Shown here in pieces: positions 1 to 8,969 of a stretch of DNA of 53,920 nt. The notes under the pieces are model-generated. The model was given only the letters and a program-made list of their open reading frames with translations. It made no database searches and was not told the DNA's origin. How positions within the stretch are numbered: the stretch's first letter is position 1; each line of letters opens with the position of its first letter. Source of the stretch: an uncultured bacterium (GTDB lineage Bacteria; Fidelibacterota; Marinisomatia; Marinisomatales; J089); assembly GCA_964549745.1 (NCBI GenBank), contig CAZJWP010000004.1:1-53920 (forward strand), written 5' to 3'. The translations under genes and the position numbers were made by a program.

Positions 1-292
1 CGAAGGAGGAGACTGCCTGTCCCGTACCGAACAGCGTGAGGTCGGGAAGCTATCGTAGGTCCGACGAAGTTCACGGGAACGGTGTCGGAATCCAATTTTT
101 AGGGCCCGAAATTAGTAGATTTCATGGGCTTAAACAATCGTTCAATGTGAACCCGATCAATTTATCGAATTCGTGCTTGTATGGACAGGAAAATACAATT
201 AGGTTCCCCGACCTTTTTTAGAAAGGAACATCGACACGAAGTCTATTCTATTAGCCACAAACAATCCGCATAAGGTCAAAGAAATTCAGGCT

Positions 293-817
293 GTGCTGGC
301 AAACGATAGTGTGAAAATTCACACGCTAAGGGAATTCCCACAAATCGGAGACATCCCTGAAACCGGTTCCACGCTTGAAGAAAATGCCTTAATCAAGGCC
401 AGGGCCGGATTTAAAGCTTCCGGGATATCAACGGTTGGTGATGACACGGGACTGGAGGTCGATGCATTGAACGGAGCGCCGGGAATTTTCGCTGCCCGTT
501 ACGCCGGACCAGAGTGTTCATTTGATGACAACATCGATAAGCTTTTGCAGGAATTGAATGGAGTTCCGCTGGAAAAGAGAACGGCCCGATTTCGGTGTGT
601 GATGGCCTGGGTGACGGAAAAAGGGGAACAAACGGTTGAAGGCGCTATTGAAGGAATTATTCTGAAAGAGCGAATAGGAACCAACGGGTTTGGATATGAT
701 CCGATCTTTTGGATCCCGGAATTACATAAATCATTTGCAGTACTATCTCAATCAGAAAAAAACCATATCTCTCATCGTGGACTGGCGTTGAAAAAACTTT
801 GTAATATTATTCGATAA
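293..817 (+). CDS. rdgB: dITP/XTP pyrophosphatase (RdgB/HAM1 family)
   Basis: The translation carries HAM1/RdgB motifs (GDDTGLEVDALNGAPGIFAARYAG, FGYDPIF, ISHRG). The conserved N-terminal motif LLATNNPHKVKE lies in frame upstream (248-283) of the first GTG at 293. The frame is open from 203 with no ATG/GTG/TTG, so the true start is unresolved. Confidence 0.85.
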   Translation: MLANDSVKIHTLREFPQIGDIPETGSTLEENALIKARAGFKASGISTVGDDTGLEVDALNGAPGIFAARYAGPECSFDDNIDKLLQELNGVPLEKRTARFRCVMAWVTEKGEQTVEGAIEGIILKERIGTNGFGYDPIFWIPELHKSFAVLSQSEKNHISHRGLALKKLCNIIR

Positions 818-939
818 TGATAATCATCAGGACCACAATAACAAGGAGAACTTATCTGTAGATAATCCGCTATCAGTTTTATGGCTTACGCCATATGCCG
901 CTTTGTAATCATTTAAATAACTAATAGATCGGAGTCCCC

Positions 940-3900
940 TTGAACCAAAGGGCAAGGGAAATTTTTGTGTCCATTGTGGTTCTGACCGTCTTCTCATTGA
1001 TTTACGGCCAGTCGGCGGATTCCGTCTCCTATATCCCACCTCAATTTCGAATAACAAATCCCTGGGTTGCGCAACCCTTTGATACTGAACCTGTTCCATT
1101 GCATTTTCCCCTGGATACACTGAAATTACCCATGGGTATCTTAAGTATTCCGGGTCTAACCAATGTTCGGGCGATCCTATTCGCGAAAGATTGGTCAGTC
1201 GTTCAAATTTCGCAGACAGTAAATGGAGTGAGTTATGCAGTCCCTTTCATTGCCACTGCCGATTGGTATTTTACCCACCGATTGCAACAGAATTTGATCA
1301 CAGAATTTGCAGAGAGAGTCAACTTGCATGAATTCGGGAAAACAGGGCAGAAACAGGCCGGACATGGGAAATCATTGGAGGTTGTCGGCGTTGATCTCGG
1401 CGGGCTTGGAAGAGCGTCTCTCCGGGTAAATGGAAACGTGAGTATCTCCGGTAAGGCAGTTTTCCAAAATCAAAATTCTATACAGTCAACATACAATCAA
1501 TCACAAAATACGCATATTGAATTCGATCAGAAACAGAACCTGGGTATTGAAGGAAAAATTGGAGACCGAATCACGGTCAAACTGGACCAGGATTCAGAAC
1601 GTGATTTTAATTGGGAAAATAACATTCGTATCAGCTATAAAGGGGATGAAGACGATATCATCCAACAAGTGGATGCCGGAAATATCTCTTTATCCTTACC
1701 CGCGACACAATATGTCACCTTCTCTGGTAGTAATAAAGGATTATTCGGGCTTAAAGCCGTTTCCAAGTTTGGGCCTGTTGATGTCACTACAATCGCTTCG
1801 ATTGAGCAGACACAAAAACAAAAACAGAGCTACACGGGCGGTTCGGCCAGCAATACACAGCAAATAAAAGATTACAATTATGTGAAAAATCGATACTTCT
1901 TTGTTCATCCCTGGTTTAGGAACGGGGTGCTATCTGATTCAGTCACAACCGTGCCTGTTTCAACATCCTTCATGATATATCCATTTTATCCGTTATATAA
2001 AGGATCGCACCGAATATTAAATTCCCAGGATGCACACAGGGTTGTTATAAAAAACTTCGAATTGTATAAACGCGATGTGACGAATGATCCTTCGGCCTTA
2101 GAGGGAACAGCCTATGTTGACCCCAATCGACCTGATTTTAAAAGTGAAGAAAACCTAAATGGTACATTTGTCAGATTGGAAATTGATACCGACTACTCCC
2201 TTAATCAGGATTTGGGTTATATACGGATGAACACCCAGGTTTCCAATGACATCGTTGGTTGTACTTTCGATTTAGTCAACACACAGGGAGATACGGTTTT
2301 TTCCGTTGGACATCGCGCATCAGGTACCGATACTACACTTGCTTTACTTTTGTTAAAAACTGCCAATCCCCATCCATCAGATCCGAATTGGAATCTCATG
2401 TTCCAAAATGTATATGATCTGGGTGCGTCCAATATCAACCCGGACGGTTTTGCAGTTAGAATAGTGAACAATCTTGTTACACCTGAAAGTGATCGGAACA
2501 AAAAAGGTGTAGCTTATCTGACTCTGTTTGGATTGGACAGCACGGATAATTCAGGCCAGACTCAATCGGATGAGCTGATTGATATGGATAATTATTCAAT
2601 CCTGAATGTGGTGACCGGCGAATTGATTTTTCCCACCTATTTTCCATTTGTTTCAACAGATTCAATAGCGGGGGGAAATCCGGATCCTGAACTGACCGTG
2701 GATTTAACAAATGGTGCTATGTATACGACCACCAATACAACCGACATCAATAATTCATCTGTTTTCACAATCGAAGCGGATTATACAAATCAAAGTTCGA
2801 CAATTAATCTGGGATTTATGCTGGTGGATGGCAGTGAAGAATTAAGGGCCAACGGAGATCTTCTACAAAGGGGAACAGATTACCAAATCGATTATTTTAC
2901 AGGAACGATCAATCTTATTAGCGAAAAAGCTAAAGATCCCAATGCGAAGTTGGAAATCTTGTATGAGAAACATGAGTTAGTTTCGTTCGATAAAAAAGTC
3001 ATCTTGGGAACAAGAGCGCAAATGGATTTTGGTAAAAATTCATTTTTGGGTGCAACAGCATTGTATTTCAATCAATCCGTGGTGAACCAGAAAATAGATG
3101 TTGGATATGAACCCACCCGGAATTTTATTTGGGATGTGAACGGACGATATGCACACGATTTAAACGGTTTGACCCGTTTTTTAGATCGATTGCCCATTGT
3201 TGAGACTGAAAAGCCATCTTCTTTTTCTGTTGAAGGAGAAATTGCTCAAGTCATGCCGAATCCAAACTCGTTAAATAATAAATCCACCGGTGATCCAAAC
3301 GGTGTTGCATACATCGACGATTTTGAAGGTGTAAAACGAACCACCTCTCCAACCATTTTACAACGCTCATGGAAACCCTCCAGCGCACCTCTAAACCCAT
3401 TCACGCTTAGACCGTACTCACAGCTTAATCGTGCACGGATGTATTATTATAATCCGTATGGTCAAGTCGCCACTACGGATATTTGGCCGAACCAATCCAC
3501 TTCGCTCAGAGCTCAAAATGAACTCACAGATATCATGATCCTGCACCAAACGGTTCGCCCGCAACAGGCCGGTGTAGATCCGGATTCGGTTTGGTCGGGA
3601 ATTACGACTACACTGTACTCGGGAGACTATGACCAAACCCAAAGTAAATTTCTGGAAATTTGGGTTAAAGGTACACAGGGAAACCTGGAAGTGGATTTAG
3701 GGAAAGTCAGTGAAGACTGGAATGGTGATGGAAAATTGAATACGGAAGATAAACCATCCGGTGGTTTGAATTATGGGAACGGATTATTAGACGAGAATGA
3801 AGATACAGGTTTAGATGGTTGTTTTGATGAATACGAAAATGGCTGGGGTGGTTGCCTGACCGGAGATTCAACTTATGCGGATTACCTGGAGTATTATCAG

Positions 3901-6900
3901 GAAACCGGGAATCCCGTCCCGATTAATATGGCTTCCGATGTGGACCCAAATGACCCCAACGACGATAACTGGAGTTTTTCAACTAGCAAGCTGGATTATC
4001 ATAAAACCAACGGAACCGAGGGAAATGGTTCCGGGAATACGATCCAGGAAGGCGGACGTTATCCGGATACTGAAGATCTGGATCACACAAATACCTTTGA
4101 AACCCAGAATGATTATTTTTACAAAAAGTTTGCATTGAATGATACAACCTACCTGGCGGGTATTACCGAGAAAGATGGCAAGCCGACCGGTTGGCGGCTG
4201 TTTAGGGTTCCACTTAGTCATTTCATTCCCACGTCCAATATTGGGTGGAATGAAATTCAAAATATTCGTCTTATTTGGACGGGCGTGGATTCAGTTGCTT
4301 ACCTCGAGATTGCAAAAATTGAATTGGTTGGGAATGATTGGTTGGAATTGGGCGTCGCCAATGATTCCAGTCATACATACACCAAAGATGATAGTGTCTT
4401 TGCAATTGCTGTAACCAATACGGAAGACAATGCTGACTATACACCCCCGACAGGTGTACAGGGTGAATATGATCAAGTCAATCAAGTAAGGGCAAAAGAA
4501 CAGTCACTGGTATTAAAATTTGATAATTTAGGGCCTTACAAAAAAGTGGCAGCCCAAAAGGCGTTGCTCAGCCTTTCGGGAGATCGTGCAAAAAGCTATC
4601 TGACCTATGATCGAATGAAAATGTTTGTATATGGAAGTTCTCCGGGGATTACCACGGACCAAACAGATGTTCATTTCTTTTTGAAGTTTGGTTTGGATGA
4701 GAAAAACTATTATGAAATTCGTCAACCTGTATATCAGGGCTGGGATCAAACAGAAAACAGGAATTCAATTGATATTGATTTGAATTGGTTAACCCGGTTG
4801 AAGCTGCGTGATTCCACAAATATTGATCCCTTAAAATATAATCCGAATGATGTGTTTTATGATTCGTCCGGAACATTAATTTATCAATTTGCTGATGCAA
4901 ACGGGCAATTGACTCAAAAAGTTGTCATGATAAAGGGTCAACCGTCTTTGAACAGAATAAAGAATATTACTGTAGGTTTGATCAATGTGTCATCCGGGGA
5001 GATTACCGGCGAAGTCTGGCTGGATGAATTACGGTTAAGCGGAGTTAAAAAGGACAAAGGCATTGCGATGCGTGTCAAAGGGAAATTGGACATGGCTGAT
5101 CTAGGGTCAACCACGATTCAATATGCAAGAAAAGACGCTGACTTCCACGTCCTTCAGGACAGATTAGGGACCAACCAGACCAATAGTGCTCTAAATGTTA
5201 ACTCTAACTTTCAGATGGATAAATTCCTTCCATCGTTTTTAGGATTGAAAATTCCGGTTAATACCTCATTTTCAAATTCAGTAAATCAACCAAAATATTT
5301 CCCGGGTACGGATATTTTAGTAGATAAATCCAATGTGCCGGATTCCATCCTGGCCAAGTCTACTAACGTATCTTTGAGTACATCAATTTCCAAAGCCAGC
5401 CATTCTGACCATAAGTTAATTAAATATACATTGGACAATCTAAAGGGCAATTTTTCCGCTTCACGAAAAATAAGTTCTAACAACCAAACTCTTGAAAATC
5501 GGAATGAGACATATTCCGGAGGTCTCACCTATTCACTACGATTTGGTAAAGATTCTTTTATCAAACCGTTCCGATGGGCAGGGTTTCTTCCATGGATTGG
5601 CGATCCGCTCAGTGAAATTCAATTTTACTATTTACCCTCTTCTTTTAGTACAGGGATGAAACTTAATGAAGGTTTGAACTCCAACACGCCCAGAGTAGGG
5701 GATCGAACGGATAAATACTCATTTGGACTAAATCGGGATTTGGGTATTTCATATAACCTGACCGACAACATTAATTCCGGCTACAAGCATAGTATCAAAA
5801 GTGACTTACAGGAATATCGCGGATATGCCTGGATGGCGCTTCGGGATTTATCACCGGGTATCGTGACAAATGAAAATGAGAGTCTAAACCTGGGCTGGAC
5901 TCCGGAATTCTTAAAAATCTTCAATCCAAATTTCAACTATTCCGCAGCGTATGCCTGGAATGAGTCATTGGGTGACCGTTTGAAAGACTATGGCGCAAGA
6001 ATCGGGACTAACCTGCAATTTTCCTCAGGTTTTTCTATCTCGCCAAGATCAATCGTGGAATTATTCTATAAACCGGCTTCTGCAAATAAAAACCCCGGAG
6101 GACATAGACGAAGAGGGGCGTTGAACAAACCAAGCGAGGAACCCAAGCCCGAGTTAAAGAAAAATCGACCTGTGTTAAAATTCCTCCATAATATGAGCAG
6201 TAAAATCAGTCCTATTTCTATAAACTACAAACAGGGATTGAACCGGACTGGAAACGGAGTACTGGGGCAGGTACCAACCGGGTATAAATTTGGATGGCTT
6301 CCGGAACATGGGCAACCCATATCACCTTCGGTCGGTACAAATACGGGGGATTGGAGCTTCAACCGTGATTTTTCAATCAATTCAGGGATAAAACCCGGCG
6401 CCCGGGTCTCCATTAATTTTAATTATGCACAAAATATTGCGGCCAATCGGAATGGTGTTGGTCTGGATAAAAGGTCCTTATCCCGGAGTTATTTAGGAAC
6501 CAGTAAAACCCTTGAAAACGGGTTCCCTTTCCCGGGGTGGTCGGTCAGAATCACAGGTCTTGAGAAACTGCCTATTATCAATAAACTTGTCCAAACGGCA
6601 ACCTTGGAACACAGCTATTCCGGGAAGCAATCCATGGAGTGGAAATTTGAGAACCAAAAGGTTGACCGTATCCCCTTCTTTAGCCCGGGAATTTTTATAG
6701 ATCAACATGGTGATTTTCAAACCCAATCCAAAATTAGTCAGAGCTTTTCTCCTCTGGTTGGTCTGTCCTTTACATTGGTTAAAAATATTTCGTTAACGAT
6801 TCGAAATACGCAGGATATTTCCGTCGATGTTCGGGATGCCGGTATCACCAAACGTATTCAAGGAACCTGGTCCGCATCCAGCAGCTACAATCATCGCGGT

Positions 6901-7197
6901 GGATTTACGATCCCAATTCCTTTTATGAAGGATTTCCATATACAAAATAATATGAACTTCACCCTTAATTATGATGCCAACAACGATGCCTCTTACAGTA
7001 CAACCAAGGAATCGAATAAGCTGACAATAACGGCCAAATCTTCTTTATGGAAAATCGGTTTGAGGGTGCAATATTCATTTACTTCCAAAGTAAATGGCGG
7101 GTTGCGATATGAATACCGGGAAACATCGAATGTGAATACCGGTCGTAAGATTGATCGTGATTTTGGGTTTGATCTCAACCTGGCGATTAGTGGTTAA
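940..7197 (+). CDS. sprA: Type IX secretion system outer-membrane translocon SprA/Sov
   Basis: 2085-aa ORF with a TTG start 5 nt after GGAG and a signal peptide (...SLIYG/QSADS). It has SprA-type N-terminal repeats (LRVNGNVSISGK; IGDRITVKLDQDSERDFNWENNIRISYKGDEDDIIQQVDAGNISLSLP), an Asp-rich Ca-binding-like insert (DWNGDGKLNTEDK...DENEDTGLDG) and a very long beta-rich remainder. PorV-family genes and CTD cargo genes are adjacent. Confidence 0.85.
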   Translation: MNQRAREIFVSIVVLTVFSLIYGQSADSVSYIPPQFRITNPWVAQPFDTEPVPLHFPLDTLKLPMGILSIPGLTNVRAILFAKDWSVVQISQTVNGVSYAVPFIATADWYFTHRLQQNLITEFAERVNLHEFGKTGQKQAGHGKSLEVVGVDLGGLGRASLRVNGNVSISGKAVFQNQNSIQSTYNQSQNTHIEFDQKQNLGIEGKIGDRITVKLDQDSERDFNWENNIRISYKGDEDDIIQQVDAGNISLSLPATQYVTFSGSNKGLFGLKAVSKFGPVDVTTIASIEQTQKQKQSYTGGSASNTQQIKDYNYVKNRYFFVHPWFRNGVLSDSVTTVPVSTSFMIYPFYPLYKGSHRILNSQDAHRVVIKNFELYKRDVTNDPSALEGTAYVDPNRPDFKSEENLNGTFVRLEIDTDYSLNQDLGYIRMNTQVSNDIVGCTFDLVNTQGDTVFSVGHRASGTDTTLALLLLKTANPHPSDPNWNLMFQNVYDLGASNINPDGFAVRIVNNLVTPESDRNKKGVAYLTLFGLDSTDNSGQTQSDELIDMDNYSILNVVTGELIFPTYFPFVSTDSIAGGNPDPELTVDLTNGAMYTTTNTTDINNSSVFTIEADYTNQSSTINLGFMLVDGSEELRANGDLLQRGTDYQIDYFTGTINLISEKAKDPNAKLEILYEKHELVSFDKKVILGTRAQMDFGKNSFLGATALYFNQSVVNQKIDVGYEPTRNFIWDVNGRYAHDLNGLTRFLDRLPIVETEKPSSFSVEGEIAQVMPNPNSLNNKSTGDPNGVAYIDDFEGVKRTTSPTILQRSWKPSSAPLNPFTLRPYSQLNRARMYYYNPYGQVATTDIWPNQSTSLRAQNELTDIMILHQTVRPQQAGVDPDSVWSGITTTLYSGDYDQTQSKFLEIWVKGTQGNLEVDLGKVSEDWNGDGKLNTEDKPSGGLNYGNGLLDENEDTGLDGCFDEYENGWGGCLTGDSTYADYLEYYQETGNPVPINMASDVDPNDPNDDNWSFSTSKLDYHKTNGTEGNGSGNTIQEGGRYPDTEDLDHTNTFETQNDYFYKKFALNDTTYLAGITEKDGKPTGWRLFRVPLSHFIPTSNIGWNEIQNIRLIWTGVDSVAYLEIAKIELVGNDWLELGVANDSSHTYTKDDSVFAIAVTNTEDNADYTPPTGVQGEYDQVNQVRAKEQSLVLKFDNLGPYKKVAAQKALLSLSGDRAKSYLTYDRMKMFVYGSSPGITTDQTDVHFFLKFGLDEKNYYEIRQPVYQGWDQTENRNSIDIDLNWLTRLKLRDSTNIDPLKYNPNDVFYDSSGTLIYQFADANGQLTQKVVMIKGQPSLNRIKNITVGLINVSSGEITGEVWLDELRLSGVKKDKGIAMRVKGKLDMADLGSTTIQYARKDADFHVLQDRLGTNQTNSALNVNSNFQMDKFLPSFLGLKIPVNTSFSNSVNQPKYFPGTDILVDKSNVPDSILAKSTNVSLSTSISKASHSDHKLIKYTLDNLKGNFSASRKISSNNQTLENRNETYSGGLTYSLRFGKDSFIKPFRWAGFLPWIGDPLSEIQFYYLPSSFSTGMKLNEGLNSNTPRVGDRTDKYSFGLNRDLGISYNLTDNINSGYKHSIKSDLQEYRGYAWMALRDLSPGIVTNENESLNLGWTPEFLKIFNPNFNYSAAYAWNESLGDRLKDYGARIGTNLQFSSGFSISPRSIVELFYKPASANKNPGGHRRRGALNKPSEEPKPELKKNRPVLKFLHNMSSKISPISINYKQGLNRTGNGVLGQVPTGYKFGWLPEHGQPISPSVGTNTGDWSFNRDFSINSGIKPGARVSINFNYAQNIAANRNGVGLDKRSLSRSYLGTSKTLENGFPFPGWSVRITGLEKLPIINKLVQTATLEHSYSGKQSMEWKFENQKVDRIPFFSPGIFIDQHGDFQTQSKISQSFSPLVGLSFTLVKNISLTIRNTQDISVDVRDAGITKRIQGTWSASSSYNHRGGFTIPIPFMKDFHIQNNMNFTLNYDANNDASYSTTKESNKLTITAKSSLWKIGLRVQYSFTSKVNGGLRYEYRETSNVNTGRKIDRDFGFDLNLAISG

Positions 7198-7198
7198 A

Positions 7199-8128
7199 AT
7201 GCAAAAATCACGATTATCTGTTCTTCTCTCAATCTTGTTTGCAATTGCACCAGCATGGAGTCAGGACGCGATTCCATTTGATGGAAGCGCCGCATTTAAT
7301 ATTTTGGAAAAACAGTGCAATTTCGGTCCGCGAAATCCCGGCTCTACCGGTTATTATGAATGCCGTGACTGGCTGACAGACCAACTTCGGGTATCCGCCG
7401 ACACGGTGGTTGTACAACCGTTTACGCGGAACGATCCATTTACGGGTCAGCCCTACGATATGGAAAACCTGATGGGTGTGTATGGAGTGAAAAAACCTCC
7501 GGGAATACTACTCGCAGCCCATTGGGACACACGGCCCTGGGCGGATGAAGATCAGGATGATTTTTACAAAAAAGAACCAATTTTAGGGGCCAACGACGGC
7601 GCCAGCGGAGTCGCTGTATTGCTTCAGATTGGGAAAATGCTTAACGAGATGGACCTTCCATATCAAGTGGTCATTGTTTTACTGGACGGTGAGGATCTGG
7701 GGCAACCGGGTCGTCCTGAGAGTTATGCACAAGGTTCCGAAGAATTAGCTAAAAATCCACCGATTCCATTGCCGCCGGAAGGAATTTTGCTTGATATGAT
7801 CGGAGACAGCAATCTCCATATATCCAAGGAGCAAAACTCCTACTATCAAAATCCAGATTTAGTCAAATCACTCTGGGATTTGGCTGCACAACTAAACTTA
7901 AAAGCGTTCAATAAAAGAATAGGTCCAAATATCTATGATGATCATATTCCATTATATCGTTATGCCGGGGTTAAAATGATTGATTTGATTGATTTCGATT
8001 ATCCCGATAAATATACCAATTACTGGCACACTCATTGGGATACACCGGAACACTGTTCTGCAAAGAGCCTCGATCAAGTTGGTACATTGATCATTAATTT
8101 TTTAGCTGACCGGTCAAGGAGAGATTGA
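7199..8128 (+). CDS. Glutaminyl-peptide cyclotransferase (M28-fold glutaminyl cyclase)
   Basis: The ATG at 7199 lies 1 nt after the sprA stop; the ORF-track start at 7151 lies inside sprA. Signal peptide MQKSRLSVLLSILFAIAPAWS/QD. Motifs FGPRNPGS, AHWDTRPWADED, ILGANDGASGVAVLLQIGK and LLDGEDLG match the animal-type glutaminyl cyclase known from Bacteroidetes. Confidence 0.78.
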   Translation: MQKSRLSVLLSILFAIAPAWSQDAIPFDGSAAFNILEKQCNFGPRNPGSTGYYECRDWLTDQLRVSADTVVVQPFTRNDPFTGQPYDMENLMGVYGVKKPPGILLAAHWDTRPWADEDQDDFYKKEPILGANDGASGVAVLLQIGKMLNEMDLPYQVVIVLLDGEDLGQPGRPESYAQGSEELAKNPPIPLPPEGILLDMIGDSNLHISKEQNSYYQNPDLVKSLWDLAAQLNLKAFNKRIGPNIYDDHIPLYRYAGVKMIDLIDFDYPDKYTNYWHTHWDTPEHCSAKSLDQVGTLIINFLADRSRRD

Positions 8129-8159
8129 ATTGTGCCATAAGCTTCACTATTTTCAACCC

Positions 8160-8969
8160 ATGCGACTGATCCTCTTCATTGGAGCGCTGATCCTGATCTG
8201 GGGTTGCCCGGGACCGACACCAACCCAGCAAACCGGGAACCCGGCGGGTGAAGTTCAATTCTCATATTTGCAGGATGCAAACCAACTTTATTTCGGGATA
8301 CAGCTTAATCCCGACTTGTTTGAAAGCCGATTTGACAGCGCTCTTGTTCGGTGGTACGGAACCGATTCTACACGCACGCCCGATTCACTGACGCTAAATG
8401 ACGATGGGCTCAACGGTGATATTATTGCCAACGATGATCAATATTCATTGAAAGTTGACAATTTGGCCTCGGTATTGTCAAATCCGATTACGAATAACGA
8501 CAGTGGACAGGTTTATTTTGATATTGACCTGATTCAAAAATTAGGAACTATAACCCTTCACAAGACTGAATATCTCGGCAATCTTAAACCTGTACTTGTC
8601 CGGGCTGCCGCTCCGGATACAGCATTGCGTCCTTCGTCAGGGCTTGAATTGTATCTCGTGACATGCCAGGTCCGCGACGCAAACGGGCTTGACGATATTC
8701 AGTGGGCGGGATTCAAATCCTATCACACACAATTGGATTCGTTTTTAAATCACGGGAATTACATCTTTCTCTACGATGATGGGGGTCAGACCATTTTGTA
8801 TAATCCCAATATCACCAGCGGGGATTCGGTAGCCGGAGATGGGATATATTCCTTCCAGGTACCCTTAACAAATAGCTCACTATCCGGAACTTACCGGTGG
8901 ATATTTGAAGCTCAGGATTTTTCCGGAGCCCGGAGTGATACGCTGGTCAAACAGGTGGTGATTCAATGA
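8160..8969 (+). CDS. Hypothetical lipoprotein with two Ig-like modules
   Basis: Internal ATG at 8160 gives MRLILFIGALILIWGC (lipobox-like IWGC). Two modules each carry an Asp/Gly loop (LNDDGLNGDIIANDDQYS; LYDDGG...GDSVAGDGIYSF). The stop overlaps the next start (ATGA). Confidence 0.55.
   Translation: MRLILFIGALILIWGCPGPTPTQQTGNPAGEVQFSYLQDANQLYFGIQLNPDLFESRFDSALVRWYGTDSTRTPDSLTLNDDGLNGDIIANDDQYSLKVDNLASVLSNPITNNDSGQVYFDIDLIQKLGTITLHKTEYLGNLKPVLVRAAAPDTALRPSSGLELYLVTCQVRDANGLDDIQWAGFKSYHTQLDSFLNHGNYIFLYDDGGQTILYNPNITSGDSVAGDGIYSFQVPLTNSSLSGTYRWIFEAQDFSGARSDTLVKQVVIQ

Noticed and set aside
70-95. GGGAACGGTGTCGGAATCC resembles the 'GGGAA..GGUG..AAUCC' core of cobalamin/FMN-type riboswitches.
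   Set aside because: The flanking conserved elements (B12 box GCCACUG, CCCGC..CUGU, or the RFN core) are absent, and the downstream gene (rdgB) is not a plausible regulon member.
36-221. 61-aa ORF in the track; its frame is open from the window start.
   Set aside because: It has no recognisable motif or RBS and an odd composition. It overlaps a GC-rich hairpin-forming segment better explained as structured RNA or the tail of an unknown gene. It is not supportable as a CDS from this window alone.
7151-7198. N-terminal extensions of ORF-track entries (7151, 8130, 11468, 26625, 29132, 29975, 30773, 40146, 42054, 45883).
   Set aside because: The internal ATGs give canonical signal peptides or conserved N-termini, have SD sites and/or avoid long overlaps with upstream genes. 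The longer versions are artefacts of longest-ORF calling.
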